Part shown: one piece after another, positions 13,503 to 23,762 of the stretch
How the letters are laid out: the number at the start of each line of letters is the position of its first letter
Position numbering within the stretch: the first letter of the stretch is position 1
Source of the DNA: an uncultured Pelagibacteraceae bacterium
Lineage (GTDB): Bacteria; Pseudomonadota; Alphaproteobacteria; Pelagibacterales; Pelagibacteraceae
Length of the DNA: 64,000 bases
Reading direction: 5' to 3'
Assembly (NCBI GenBank): GCA_902521355.1
Contig: CABYRT010000001.1
Coordinates: forward strand, 57,800-121,799
The notes under the pieces: generated by a model
What the model was told of the DNA's origin: nothing
Database searches by the model: none
Seen by the model: only the letters and a program-made list of their open reading frames with translations
Program-made: the position numbers and the translations under genes

Positions 13503-13904
13503 TTATTTAGCTGCTTCCTTAGTTTCAACTGTTTTTTTTGATGGTATTTCTTTTCTTTTTTCTGCTTCAGAAATAACTTTACCATCTTTTGAATAGATTT
13601 TACTTATTCTTACCATTGTAAATTTTTGTCTATGACCATTTTTTCTTCTCGAATTTTGCCTTCTCCTTTTTTTAAAAATAAGAACTGTTCTATTTTTTCC
13701 ATTTTTTATTAATTCAGCTTCAACTTTAGCTCCACTAATTGTCGGCTCTCCTAACTCTAAATTTTTATCATCTCCGTAAGCTAGTATTTCATTAAACTCT
13801 ATTTTTGAATTTTCTTCTGAATCTTCGAGCTTTTCAACTTTGAGAATCTCTCCAGCTTTCACTTTATACTGTTTACCACCTGTTTGAATTACTGCGAATG
13901 ACAT
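13503..13904 (-). CDS. rplU: 50S ribosomal protein L21 with Lys/Glu-rich C-terminal extension
   Basis: FAVIQTGGKQYKV, KNGHRQ. Confidence 0.98.
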   Translation of the reverse strand: MSFAVIQTGGKQYKVKAGEILKVEKLEDSEENSKIEFNEILAYGDDKNLELGEPTISGAKVEAELIKNGKNRTVLIFKKRRRQNSRRKNGHRQKFTMVRISKIYSKDGKVISEAEKRKEIPSKKTVETKEAAK

Positions 13905-13930
13905 AGTTAGCCCTAATTTTTATAGGGAGC

Positions 13931-13958
13931 AATATAGTCTGGGTTGCATCATAGTCAA
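13931..13958 (-). promoter_or_regulatory. Putative sigma70 promoter of the rplU operon
   Basis: Minus strand (C)TTGACT-N16-TATATT. Confidence 0.6.
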
Positions 13959-13968
13959 GGTTAATAAC

Positions 13969-14688
13969 TTAGAAATTATCCTTTAAATCCCTCAATTTTT
14001 TGAAATTTTCTAGATCGTTTGACTTTAGAAAAATGTTACAATTAAGTTCCTCACCAATCGTTGATGGCATACTAGTTTTACCTAGTTTAATTTTTTCTTT
14101 AATTTCTTTAATTTTGTTTAGTAATTCATTGTTATTGGAATCTTGTGCTAAACAAAATTCAGAATTCTTTAAAGTATATTCATGTCCACAATAAATTTTT
14201 GTATCTTTATCTAAACTTTTTAAAACTTGTAGTGAGTTGTACATTTGCTCATAACTCCCTTCAAAAATTCTTCCACATCCCATAGAGAACAAAGTATCTC
14301 CTGTAAAAATTAACTTATTTTTAAAAAAATGAAAACAGATATGACCTATTGTATGGCCAGGGACATGATATATTTTTGCTTCAAAAATATCCTTCTTCCA
14401 AATTTCACCATCACTTAAGCAAATATCAATTTGAGGTATTCTATTTTTATCTCCAATATAACCTATTACCTCTGCATTAAATTTTTTTTTTAATTCTTCA
14501 TTCCCGCCAACATGGTCATGATGATGATGTGTATTTAATATATATTTTAAATTTAATTTATTTTTCTGTAAATAATTTATAATTGGTTCTGCTTCACCAG
14601 GATCAACAACACAACAATTTCTATTAGCTTCATTAATTAAAATGTAAGAAAAATTATCTTCAAGACACTTAATAATTTCTACTTTCAT
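13969..14688 (-). CDS. gloB: Hydroxyacylglutathione hydrolase (glyoxalase II)
   Basis: THHHHDHVGG, PGHT, FTGDTLF..GCGR, CGHEYT. Confidence 0.95.
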   Translation of the reverse strand: MKVEIIKCLEDNFSYILINEANRNCCVVDPGEAEPIINYLQKNKLNLKYILNTHHHHDHVGGNEELKKKFNAEVIGYIGDKNRIPQIDICLSDGEIWKKDIFEAKIYHVPGHTIGHICFHFFKNKLIFTGDTLFSMGCGRIFEGSYEQMYNSLQVLKSLDKDTKIYCGHEYTLKNSEFCLAQDSNNNELLNKIKEIKEKIKLGKTSMPSTIGEELNCNIFLKSNDLENFKKLRDLKDNF

Positions 14689-15285
14689 TTAATTTTCTAT
14701 TAAAAATATACCCAAATGAGAGTCAAGATTTTTATAATTTAAATTTGATTTATTTATTTCTGAAATTCGACTTTTTTTTAAAGCGATAGACTTAAATATT
14801 TTAATTTTCTTAATACTGCAAAAATTATAAAAATCTTTAATTGTGCACATATGTAAATTTGGCGTATTGTACCATTCATGAGGTAAATTTTCTGTTACAG
14901 GCATTGTGCCTTTAAATAGTAATTGTAGTCTAACTCTCCAGTAACCAAAATTAGGTATAGTAACAATTACTTTTTTTCCTACTTTTAGTAATTCATTAAT
15001 TACTAATTCAGGATTAAGAAAAGCTTGTAATGTTTGGCTTAAAATAACATAATCAAAAGACGATTTAGGAAATTGTTTTAAATCGCTTTCAGCATTCCCC
15101 TCAATTACAGTTAATCCTTTTGATAAACAATTTTGAACTTTTTCTTTAGAGATTTCTAGTCCACGAATATCTTTAGTTTTGTTTTCTTGTAAAAATTTCA
15201 TTAAGTCTCCATTGCCACAACCGACATCTAGAACTCTAGTATTTTCCTCTATCAAATTAGATATAATGTTAAATTCTTCTTTCAT
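14689..15285 (-). CDS. metW: Methionine biosynthesis protein MetW
   Basis: [29 protein letters not shown]; follows metX. Confidence 0.95.
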   Translation of the reverse strand: MKEEFNIISNLIEENTRVLDVGCGNGDLMKFLQENKTKDIRGLEISKEKVQNCLSKGLTVIEGNAESDLKQFPKSSFDYVILSQTLQAFLNPELVINELLKVGKKVIVTIPNFGYWRVRLQLLFKGTMPVTENLPHEWYNTPNLHMCTIKDFYNFCSIKKIKIFKSIALKKSRISEINKSNLNYKNLDSHLGIFLIEN

Positions 15286-16402
15286 TTATAACTTTGTAGG
15301 TTGAATTAATATAATCGCCAAGTGTCTTTAGGAAACTTGGAACATCAAGCAAAAATGAGTCATGCCCCTTATCAGATTCTATTTCTACAAATCCGACATC
15401 TGCACCAATAGAATTTAGTGCTATAACTATTTCTCTATTCTCCGATGTTGGATATAACCAATCTGATGTAAATGATATTACAAAAAATTTTGTTTTAGTT
15501 TCTTTGAATGCATCAGATAAGTTTCCTTTGTACTGTTTGGATAAGTCAAAATAATCCATTGCACGAGTTATATATAAATAACTATTAGCATCAAATCTAT
15601 CAACAAACACAGATCCTTGGTATCTAAGATAACTCTCAATTTGAAAATCTGCCTCAAATCCATATCTTAGGCTATCCCTATCTTGCAATTTTCTTCCAAA
15701 TTTTTCCTGCAATCCTTTTTCAGAAAGATAAGTAATATGTGCTGCCATTCTTGCTACCGCTAACCCTTTGTCAGGATTTAATTTGTAATTACTATAAAAT
15801 CCATTTTCCCACTTACTGTCAGCCATAATTGCCTGTCTTCCTAATTCATTAAACGCTATGTTTTGTGCCGAGTGACTAGATGTGCAAGCAATCGGTATTG
15901 CAAGTTTTGCTTTATCTGGAAAATTGGCAACAAATTGAAGTACTTGCATTCCACCCATTGAACCACCTACTACAGCAAAAAGTTTTTCAATTTCTAAATA
16001 TTTAATTAGCTCATATTGAGCGTTAACCATGTCGTTAATAGTTATAATTGGAAAATCAGTTCCTATTTGTTTACCAGTGGACTCAATTATTGTGCTAGGT
16101 CCGTAAGATCCCATGCAGCCTCCAATAACGTTTGCACAAATCACAAAAAATTTATTTGTATCAATTGGCTTATTTTCTCCAACAACATAACTCCACCAAC
16201 CATCTTTATTAGTTATTGGGTTTTTTCCAGAAACATATTGATCTCCAGTCAAAGCATGGAAAACTAATATTGCATTACTTTTTTCACTGTTTAATTCCCC
16301 ATATGTCTCGTATGCTATTGGAAAGTTATTAATTTCCTTACCACAATCCAATTTAAGGGGATTTGATATAATTATTTTTTTTGTATCAATATTCTTATTC
16401 AT
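15269..16402 (-). CDS. metX: Homoserine O-acyltransferase
   Basis: HALTG, GGSMGG nucleophile motif, DWLYP, GHDSFL. Confidence 0.96.
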   Translation of the reverse strand: MNKNIDTKKIIISNPLKLDCGKEINNFPIAYETYGELNSEKSNAILVFHALTGDQYVSGKNPITNKDGWWSYVVGENKPIDTNKFFVICANVIGGCMGSYGPSTIIESTGKQIGTDFPIITINDMVNAQYELIKYLEIEKLFAVVGGSMGGMQVLQFVANFPDKAKLAIPIACTSSHSAQNIAFNELGRQAIMADSKWENGFYSNYKLNPDKGLAVARMAAHITYLSEKGLQEKFGRKLQDRDSLRYGFEADFQIESYLRYQGSVFVDRFDANSYLYITRAMDYFDLSKQYKGNLSDAFKETKTKFFVISFTSDWLYPTSENREIVIALNSIGADVGFVEIESDKGHDSFLLDVPSFLKTLGDYINSTYKVINERRI

Positions 16403-16435
16403 AATAATTGTACTGATTGAATTGTGAGAAAAAAA

Positions 16436-16487
16436 ACATTTTAGCGGTTTTTTTATAGCGCTCGCAATTCAGTATAAATCAGCGCAT
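16436..16487 (-). ncRNA. SAM-II riboswitch aptamer upstream of metX
   Basis: Minus strand GCGCU-GAUUU-AUACUGAA-UUGCG-AGCGC-UAUAAAAAAAC-CGCUAAA-AUGU: P1 GCGCU/AGCGC, GAUUU loop and UUGC/GCUAA pseudoknot, all SAM-II hallmarks. Confidence 0.9.
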
Positions 16488-16491
16488 GCAG

Positions 16492-16520
16492 CTTTTACTT
16501 CAAAGGAATTTATATGTCAA
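16492..16520 (-). promoter_or_regulatory. sigma70 promoter for the riboswitch-metXW leader
   Basis: TTGACA-N17-TAAAAG; the predicted start site coincides with the first bases of P1. Confidence 0.65.
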
Positions 16521-16582
16521 ATATTGCTCAATTAATTATTGTTTTATCTAGTTAAAAGACTATTTATAGTGAAATATTTACT

Positions 16583-17665
16583 ATGACATTGCTAAGATTT
16601 AAAAACATAAAATTACAGAGTTACAAACCAGGAAAATCCTTATTGGCTGGTAATAAATATATTATTAAGTTATCTGCAAATGAATCTGCTTTAGGTGTCA
16701 GTAAAAATGTCGAAAAAATTGTTAAGTCTAAATTTGATATATCAAAATATCCAGATAGTAAATTTTCGGAATTAACACAAAAAATATCAAAGAAGTATGG
16801 TTGTGATAAATCCAAGATAATTTGTGGCTCTGGTTCTGACGAAGTAATTCAAATGCTTTGTCAATTGTTCCTTAGAGAAAATGATGAAGTTGTTGTTCCT
16901 CAGTACAGTTTCCTCATGTATAGGATATACTCCAAAATCGTTGGGGCAAATGTAAAATTAGCTAAAGAAATTAATTTTAAAGTTTCAGTTAAAGAAATTC
17001 TTAAAAAGACATCAAAAAAAACAAAAATTGTTTTTATTGCAAATCCAAATAATCCAACAGGCACTTATTTAACAAAAAACGAGCTATTAGACTTAAGGAG
17101 AAGATTAAATAAAAATATTTTATTGGTTGTTGATGATGCATATTTTGAATATATGAAGAATAAAGATTACAAATCTGGAATTGAGTTATTTAAAAACTCT
17201 AAAAATGTATTTATTTTAAGAACATTTTCAAAAATCTATGGTCTAGCTTCATTAAGGATAGGCTGGGGATACGGCGATAAATCTATAATTAAAGAATTAT
17301 ATAAAATTAAACCACCTTTTAACGTAAATAAATTTGCTCAAATTTGTGCTGTTGAATCTCTTAAAGATGATAAATTTGTTAAAAAGTCAGTAATACATAA
17401 TCTTAAATGGTGCAAAAAAATTAAAAATGAGATGTTAAAATATAATATTGGTACAAACAAAATATCTGGAAATTTCTTTTTGTTAGATTTCAAAAAAGCA
17501 AAATTTACAGCAGACACAACTTTAAAAAAATTACAGAAATATGGAATTATACTAAGAGAAATGAATTCATATGGCATAAAAAATTGTCTAAGACTTACAA
17601 TTGGCAACACAAAAGAAAACCAAATATTCCTTAAAAGAATGAATACTATTTTTAAAAATGTTTAA
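16583..17665 (+). CDS. hisC: Histidinol-phosphate aminotransferase
   Basis: LSANES, NPNNPTG, DDAY, RTFSKIYGLASLRIG. Confidence 0.93.
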   Translation: MTLLRFKNIKLQSYKPGKSLLAGNKYIIKLSANESALGVSKNVEKIVKSKFDISKYPDSKFSELTQKISKKYGCDKSKIICGSGSDEVIQMLCQLFLRENDEVVVPQYSFLMYRIYSKIVGANVKLAKEINFKVSVKEILKKTSKKTKIVFIANPNNPTGTYLTKNELLDLRRRLNKNILLVVDDAYFEYMKNKDYKSGIELFKNSKNVFILRTFSKIYGLASLRIGWGYGDKSIIKELYKIKPPFNVNKFAQICAVESLKDDKFVKKSVIHNLKWCKKIKNEMLKYNIGTNKISGNFFLLDFKKAKFTADTTLKKLQKYGIILREMNSYGIKNCLRLTIGNTKENQIFLKRMNTIFKNV

Positions 17666-18551
17666 TAATATTCTTATTATTGGTTGTGGATTAATAGGCT
17701 CATCAATATTAAAGGCTTCAATACAAAAAAAAATTTCTAAAAATTTTTTTGTATTTGAAAAGTCTAAAAAATATAGATCTATTATTAAAAAATTTAACAA
17801 AAAAATTAAATTTTTAACAAGGTTAGATAAAAATTTAAATAAAATTGATCTTGTGATTTTAAGCACTCCTATGAGTGAATATCCTAAATTTTTTTCGTCA
17901 TTAAATAAAAATCTAAATCATAATTCAATTATAACTGACGTTGGTTCAACAAAAAAAAATCTAATTTCTTTAAAAAAAAAAAAATTATCAAAAAATCTTG
18001 ATTGGGTGATGAGTCATCCTATCTCAGGATCTGAAGTTAGTGGGCCCAAATATGGTAATACTAATTTGTTCAAAAACAAGTGGTGCATAATAATAAAAGA
18101 TAAAAATGTTCTAAAACAAAAAAAAGTAGAGAGATTTTGGAAATCTTTAGGATCTAAAATAATTATTATGAATCCCGATGATCATGATAAAATTTTTTCA
18201 GTCACTAGCCATCTACCTCATTTGATTGCTTACAATTTAATAAAAACTGCTCAGGATTTTCAGAAAAAAAAGAATAAAAATTTGATTAAATTTAGTGCAG
18301 GTGGATTAAGAGATTTCTCAAGAATTGCTGCTTCCAACGAAATAATGTGGAGAGACATATTTTTCGAGAATAAAACTAATATGATTGAGGCAATAAATCT
18401 TTTTATGAAAAATTTAAAAGATTTTAAGAAGAATATAAGTAAGAAAGAAAATTCAAATATAATAAAAAAATTAATCAATTCGAAAGTAGTAAGAAAACAA
18501 ATAATTTCTCAAAAACAAGATATTTCTAAACCTGATTTTGGTCGAGAGTAA
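17658..18551 (+). CDS. tyrC: Prephenate/arogenate (cyclohexadienyl) dehydrogenase
   Basis: GCGLIGSS, TDVGSTK, SHPISGSE, SHLPH, GGLRDFSRIA. Confidence 0.9.
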   Translation: MFNNILIIGCGLIGSSILKASIQKKISKNFFVFEKSKKYRSIIKKFNKKIKFLTRLDKNLNKIDLVILSTPMSEYPKFFSSLNKNLNHNSIITDVGSTKKNLISLKKKKLSKNLDWVMSHPISGSEVSGPKYGNTNLFKNKWCIIIKDKNVLKQKKVERFWKSLGSKIIIMNPDDHDKIFSVTSHLPHLIAYNLIKTAQDFQKKKNKNLIKFSAGGLRDFSRIAASNEIMWRDIFFENKTNMIEAINLFMKNLKDFKKNISKKENSNIIKKLINSKVVRKQIISQKQDISKPDFGRE

Positions 18552-18552
18552 T

Positions 18553-19299
18553 TCAGATCCTTATTACTTTCTTTACATCTAATTTCGCCGTTTCTTTAAT
18601 TAGTTTTATCGTTTTTTTAATTGGCATTATGATCACTCTTTTTTTTGGACCATAAGCGTGGATAAGATCATTTGTATTGATGCATATAGCAACATGTCCT
18701 TTCCAAAAAATAATATCACCTTTTTTAAATTTTTTTTTGTATCCCACACCTTTTTTTAATTTAACTTGATCAATCGTGTCTCTTGGAAAAAAATTATTAT
18801 TAAATTTATAAAATATTTGCAATAGAGCTGAACAATCAATTCCTTCGAATGTTTTTCCACCCCATTTATATTTACAATTTAGAAAACTTTTAAATATCTT
18901 TACAAAATCAGAATTTTTTTTTTGGATTGGAAATATGTCTTTTGATCTTAGCCATTTATCTTTTTTATACATAATGAAATTTTGATCCTTTTTTAAAATT
19001 TGTATTTTGCTCGTAAATGGTAAAAACTTTTTTGATTTCTTTTTTTTATTACCTAAATAAATTCTAGCTTTTAAAATTCCAACTTTGTGAGTTGGATTGA
19101 TTTTTTCGTAGCTATCAATTTTTTTTATAAAGCCTGAATATTTGTCATATGAAGTCTTTATTTTAAAATAATTATTTTTTTTACTAATTATTTTAAAACT
19201 CTCACCGTAGATAAGTTGAGAGCTAACATTAGAGTTCTTCTTTGGTTCCTCTAATATATCGACAAAAGGCTCTTTTAAAAAAAAACTATTTTGCACCAA
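18553..19299 (-). CDS. SH3 + NlpC/P60 cysteine peptidase without signal peptide (YkfC-like)
   Basis: YKWGG..GIDCSAL, GHVAI, IHA catalytic triad. Confidence 0.88.
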   Translation of the reverse strand: MVQNSFFLKEPFVDILEEPKKNSNVSSQLIYGESFKIISKKNNYFKIKTSYDKYSGFIKKIDSYEKINPTHKVGILKARIYLGNKKKKSKKFLPFTSKIQILKKDQNFIMYKKDKWLRSKDIFPIQKKNSDFVKIFKSFLNCKYKWGGKTFEGIDCSALLQIFYKFNNNFFPRDTIDQVKLKKGVGYKKKFKKGDIIFWKGHVAICINTNDLIHAYGPKKRVIIMPIKKTIKLIKETAKLDVKKVIRI

Positions 19300-20659
19300 T
19301 TTTAATTTTATTCCTTATAAACCATAAACAAATTAAAGATGGGATAACCATTAAAGTGGTAATTATAAAAAAGGTTCCCCAGTCTCCATTTAGCCAATCA
19401 ACTAAAGCACCCGATGAAGAAGCAAGTGTCGTTCTTCCTGCAGTTCCAATTGAAGCTAGAAGTGCATACTGCGTAGCGGTATAAGTCCTATCCACTAAAA
19501 GAGAGATAAAGGCTACAAAAGCAACAGTTGCAAATGCTGCAGATATATCGTCAGCGATAACCGCTAAAGCAAACAACCATTCAGATTTTCCTGACCACGC
19601 GAGAGCAGCAAATAATAAATTTGTTGCTGCCATAAATCCACCAGCAACAAACATTGTTTTTATTGTGCCAGCTCTCATAGCAAATATTCCACCTAATAAT
19701 GTAAATACAACTGTCGTTATCCAGCCAAGAGTTTTAGAGTATATCGCTATTTCACCTTTTGAAAATCCTACCTCTTTATAAAAAACTATGGACATTCTTC
19801 CAAGAAAGGCTTCTCCAATTTTAAAGAGAAAGACAAAGCCAAGGATTCCAACTGCAATTGAGAAACCATTTTTTTTGAAGAAACTAATTATTGGACCTCC
19901 TATTGTACCAGTAATATAAGCAACAAATTTTGTTACTACATTATTTGATCCAAGTTTTGATTGTATTATTTCGTCTGTTTCTTTTTGTTTGTTTTGCCTA
20001 TCTGTTGTTATAGGCTCGTGTATAAACATTAAACCTATATTCATCAGGATTACTACAACGCCAAGAACTAAAAAAGTAGTTTGCCAGTAATCTTCAATTC
20101 CAATGTTTTGAAAAAATTCGGCAGTAAACAATGCTATAACACCACCTAACTTATATCCGGTCCACCATCCAACTACAGCCATAGCAGCTCCTGCTGCCAT
20201 AGATTTTCCTTCATCAGCATTAATTTGTTCAATTCTCAACGCATCAACTGTAATATCTTGTGTAGCCGAAGCAATTGCTATAACTAATCCAACACTAATT
20301 AGTAACGCCAAATTTTCTGTAGGGTTAATAAAACTCCAAACAATTAAACTAAATAAAATTATAATTTGCATAAGGACAATCCAGCCTCGTCGATGCCCTA
20401 ATCTTTTTGTTAAAAATGGAATTTGTATTCTATCAATTATTGGTGCCCACAAATAATTAAAGGCGTACACCCCAAATATTAAACCTGCCCATCCAATAGT
20501 TGATCTACTTAAACCTTCTTCTTTTAGCCAAAGGCTTAAACTGCTGGCAATTAAAACCCAAGGAAATCCACTAATTGCACCAAGAAGCAATATTCTTAGC
20601 ATTCGAATATCCTTGTAAACTAAAATAGATTCTGACCAGGTTTGTTTTTTTTCAAACAT
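19286..20659 (-). CDS. ampG: AmpG-family muropeptide MFS permease (start reassigned to 20659, MFEKKQTW)
   Basis: LGAISGFP, YLWAPIID, GHRRGW, SATQDITVDA, ATQYALL; TAATG overlap with the trkH stop. Confidence 0.92.
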   Translation of the reverse strand: MFEKKQTWSESILVYKDIRMLRILLLGAISGFPWVLIASSLSLWLKEEGLSRSTIGWAGLIFGVYAFNYLWAPIIDRIQIPFLTKRLGHRRGWIVLMQIIILFSLIVWSFINPTENLALLISVGLVIAIASATQDITVDALRIEQINADEGKSMAAGAAMAVVGWWTGYKLGGVIALFTAEFFQNIGIEDYWQTTFLVLGVVVILMNIGLMFIHEPITTDRQNKQKETDEIIQSKLGSNNVVTKFVAYITGTIGGPIISFFKKNGFSIAVGILGFVFLFKIGEAFLGRMSIVFYKEVGFSKGEIAIYSKTLGWITTVVFTLLGGIFAMRAGTIKTMFVAGGFMAATNLLFAALAWSGKSEWLFALAVIADDISAAFATVAFVAFISLLVDRTYTATQYALLASIGTAGRTTLASSSGALVDWLNGDWGTFFIITTLMVIPSLICLWFIRNKIKIGAK

Positions 20660-22107
20660 TAATATTTTCTCCAAAAAGATGGAATAAATAATACTAGAAT
20701 TGCAAATAATTCCAACCTTCCAAGTATCATAGCAGCACTGAGAACCCATTTAGAAAAATCAGACAGGCTTGAAAAACTTCCGTTTGGACCAATAATATCA
20801 CCTAAACCTGGACCAACATTTGAAATTGACGTGGCAGCTGCTGAAATTGCAGTAATAAAATTTAATCCATCAAGCGATAAAAGCGCAGTCACAACAAAAA
20901 ATATTAATATATAAAGAAATATAAAAGAAATAATTGAGTCCATAAATTTTTCATCCACATTATTATTTTGATATTTAATTTTGAAAATTCCTCGAGGGTA
21001 AATTATTTTTTTCAGCTGGTTTGATATGAATTGATACAAAATTTGAACTCTAAAAATCTTTATTCCGCAAGTTGTAGAGCCTGCACAGCCTCCAATGAAC
21101 ATTAAAATAATGAAGTATACTAGTGGAAATTGACCCCAATTACTAAAATTTTCTGTAGCATACCCTGTTCCAGTTAAAATAGAAATTATATTAAAGCTAA
21201 CAGACAAAAAACTTATCTCAGTTAAGCTTTTATTTATAACAGATAAATAAAAAAACATTAAAAGAATTGAAATAATAACCAAAATTATAAAAGTTTTTAT
21301 TTGTGTGTCTTTGAAAAATATTTTCTTATCTCCAGCCAAGTATTTGATGTAACTAATAAAAGGTATACTTCCAAGAATAATAAATATTATTGCATTAATT
21401 TCTATTAACGAGCTATTAAAATAACCTATAGATTCATTATAATTTGCAAAACCTCCAGTCGCTATTGTTGTCATAGCATGCACGATGCTATCAAAAAAAC
21501 TCATCCCAAATATAAAATAAAAAAAAGCACAAGTTAAAGTTAATAAGGAATATATAGACAATAATCTCAAAGAAACTTCTTTAGTTTTAGGAAAAATTTT
21601 TTCAGAAGTATCATTAGATGAAATATTGAAAAGTTGCATACCCCCTATATTCATTAAAGGCATTAAAGTGATTGCCATTACAATAATTCCAATACCACCA
21701 AACCATTGTAACATTCCTCTCCAAAGTAATATCGCTTTAGACGTTTCATTTAGATTCGTGATAATTGTAGATCCTGTTGTTGTAATACCAGACATGCTCT
21801 CAAAAAACGCATCTGTAAAACTCAAATCCGTACTAGAAAAAATTAAAGGTAAAGAACCAAATATAGCAATACTTAACCACGAAAGTGCTGTGAGCAAAAA
21901 AGCTTGAGGTAAACTTATCTTTTTATCGTGATCATAATTAGAAATGAAAAATAAAAATCCAAAAACAATAGTAACAATCATTGATCCGATAAATCCTGCA
22001 TCAATTTGATCAAATATTAATTGAACCAAAATAGGTACAATCATTGAAAGACCTAAAATAATTTGCAAAACCCCTAATGTAAAAAAGACAGTTTTATAAT
22101 TGGACAT
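20659..22107 (-). CDS. trkH: Trk potassium uptake membrane protein
   Basis: FESMSGITTTG, TIATGGF, GGCAGST, SNVGPG, GRLE. Confidence 0.95.
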   Translation of the reverse strand: MSNYKTVFFTLGVLQIILGLSMIVPILVQLIFDQIDAGFIGSMIVTIVFGFLFFISNYDHDKKISLPQAFLLTALSWLSIAIFGSLPLIFSSTDLSFTDAFFESMSGITTTGSTIITNLNETSKAILLWRGMLQWFGGIGIIVMAITLMPLMNIGGMQLFNISSNDTSEKIFPKTKEVSLRLLSIYSLLTLTCAFFYFIFGMSFFDSIVHAMTTIATGGFANYNESIGYFNSSLIEINAIIFIILGSIPFISYIKYLAGDKKIFFKDTQIKTFIILVIISILLMFFYLSVINKSLTEISFLSVSFNIISILTGTGYATENFSNWGQFPLVYFIILMFIGGCAGSTTCGIKIFRVQILYQFISNQLKKIIYPRGIFKIKYQNNNVDEKFMDSIISFIFLYILIFFVVTALLSLDGLNFITAISAAATSISNVGPGLGDIIGPNGSFSSLSDFSKWVLSAAMILGRLELFAILVLFIPSFWRKY

Positions 22108-22193
22108 TTTGAATGGACATTATTTTATGGTAAATAAATTTCAACTCTATATGAATTATTAAAAAGGCTGATATTAAGGATATTTAAGTAGTT

Positions 22194-23762
22194 GTGATAG
22201 ACAAAACAAATTTTGACAAAACAAACGCCTGGCCATTTGTTGAGGCTAAAAAGCTATTAAGAGAGAGAAAATCGAACATAGAGAAAAAAAATAAAATAGT
22301 TTTACAAACTGGTTATGGTCCTAGTGGACTACCACATATAGGTACATTTGGAGAAGTTGCAAGGACGACAATGATTGTCAACGCTCTTGATCATTTAACA
22401 GATATTCCAAAGGAAATTATTACATTTTCTGATGATATGGATGGTCTTAGAAAAGTACCTGAAAATGTTCCAAATCAAGAAAAGCTCAAATATAATCTTC
22501 ACAAACCTTTAACGGATGTCCCTGATCCATTTGAAAAGTTTAGTAGTTTTGGAGAACATAATAATAATATGTTGAAACAATTTCTTGATAATTTTAAATT
22601 TAAATATTCATTTAAAAGTTCTACAGAACTCTACAAGTCTGGTTATTTTAATGACACCCTAAAATTAGTTCTAGAAAATTATGAAAAAATTATGGAAATA
22701 ATTCTTCCAACTTTAGGCAAAGAAAGACAGAAAACCTATTCCCCCTTTTTACCAATATGCCCAGAAACTGGAAAAGTTCTTGAAATACCTGTTTTAGAAA
22801 TTGATTCTAAATCTTCTAAAATCATATTTGATAATAATGGATCAAAATTGGAAAAAAGTATTTTAGACGGGAACTGCAAATTGCAATGGAAAGTTGATTG
22901 GGCAATGAGATGGTACGCTTTAGATGTTGATTTTGAAATGTATGGAAAGGATTTAATTGAGAGTGCAATTCTTTCAACTAAGATTATTAAAACATTAGGT
23001 AAATCTAACCCATCTGGTTTTGCGTATGAACTTTTTTTGGACGAAAAAGGTGAAAAAATATCTAAATCAAAAGGTAATGGAGTAACTATAGATGAATGGC
23101 TGAATTATGCATCTCCTCAAAGTCTATCTCTTTACATGTATCAAAATCCAAAAAGAGCAAAAAAATTGTACAGAGAAGTTGTTCCAAAAGCTGTTGATGA
23201 ATATCTAGATTTTATAGAAAAAGGAAAAACTCAAAATGATTTACAGAAGTTAATGAATCCAGTTTGGCATGTACATAATGGATCAATGCCAGAGGAAAAT
23301 ACAATTATGACTTTTTCAATGCTTTTAAATTTAGTTGAAACAAGTAATGCGGACAGCAAACAATTACTTTGGAAATTCGTAAAAAAATACAAGTCAGAAA
23401 TTAATGAAAATGATCATCCAATTTTTGATAATTTAATTGAATATGCAATAAAATATTTCAATGATGTTATAAAAACAAAAAAAATTTACAAAACTCCAAA
23501 TGAAAAAGAGAAAGTTGCACTGAAAGCATTAATTAAGTCTTTAGATAATTGTAATGATAAAATGGCTCCTGAAGATATTCAGACAAATATTTTTACCGTA
23601 GGAAAAGAAAATGGTTATAAAGAAAATTTAAGAGAATGGTTTAAGCTTATCTATGAGGTTGTATTTGGTGACGAAAATGGACCCAGAATGGGCTTCTTCA
23701 TTAGTTTTTTTGGAGTAAATGAAACCAAAGAATTGATAAGAAAAAAGGTTGAAAATGTTTAA
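22194..23762 (+). CDS. lysS: Lysine--tRNA ligase, class I (GTG start)
   Basis: GPSGLPHIG, KLQWKVDW, KISKSKGN. Confidence 0.96.
   Translation: MIDKTNFDKTNAWPFVEAKKLLRERKSNIEKKNKIVLQTGYGPSGLPHIGTFGEVARTTMIVNALDHLTDIPKEIITFSDDMDGLRKVPENVPNQEKLKYNLHKPLTDVPDPFEKFSSFGEHNNNMLKQFLDNFKFKYSFKSSTELYKSGYFNDTLKLVLENYEKIMEIILPTLGKERQKTYSPFLPICPETGKVLEIPVLEIDSKSSKIIFDNNGSKLEKSILDGNCKLQWKVDWAMRWYALDVDFEMYGKDLIESAILSTKIIKTLGKSNPSGFAYELFLDEKGEKISKSKGNGVTIDEWLNYASPQSLSLYMYQNPKRAKKLYREVVPKAVDEYLDFIEKGKTQNDLQKLMNPVWHVHNGSMPEENTIMTFSMLLNLVETSNADSKQLLWKFVKKYKSEINENDHPIFDNLIEYAIKYFNDVIKTKKIYKTPNEKEKVALKALIKSLDNCNDKMAPEDIQTNIFTVGKENGYKENLREWFKLIYEVVFGDENGPRMGFFISFFGVNETKELIRKKVENV

Noticed and set aside
17967-17990. 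Long A homopolymers (tyrC, rod protein, spacers) as phase-variation or frameshift sites
   Set aside because: Reading frames are intact, and such runs are expected from poly-Lys AAA codons in this AT-rich genome.
20660-20749. N-terminal extension of AmpG in the ORF track
   Set aside because: It overlaps the trkH 3' end; the ATG at 20659 gives a typical TAATG coupling.
22100-22122. Duplicated TGGACATT at the trkH start
   Set aside because: An 8-bp repeat giving an out-of-frame upstream ATG, with no supporting structure.
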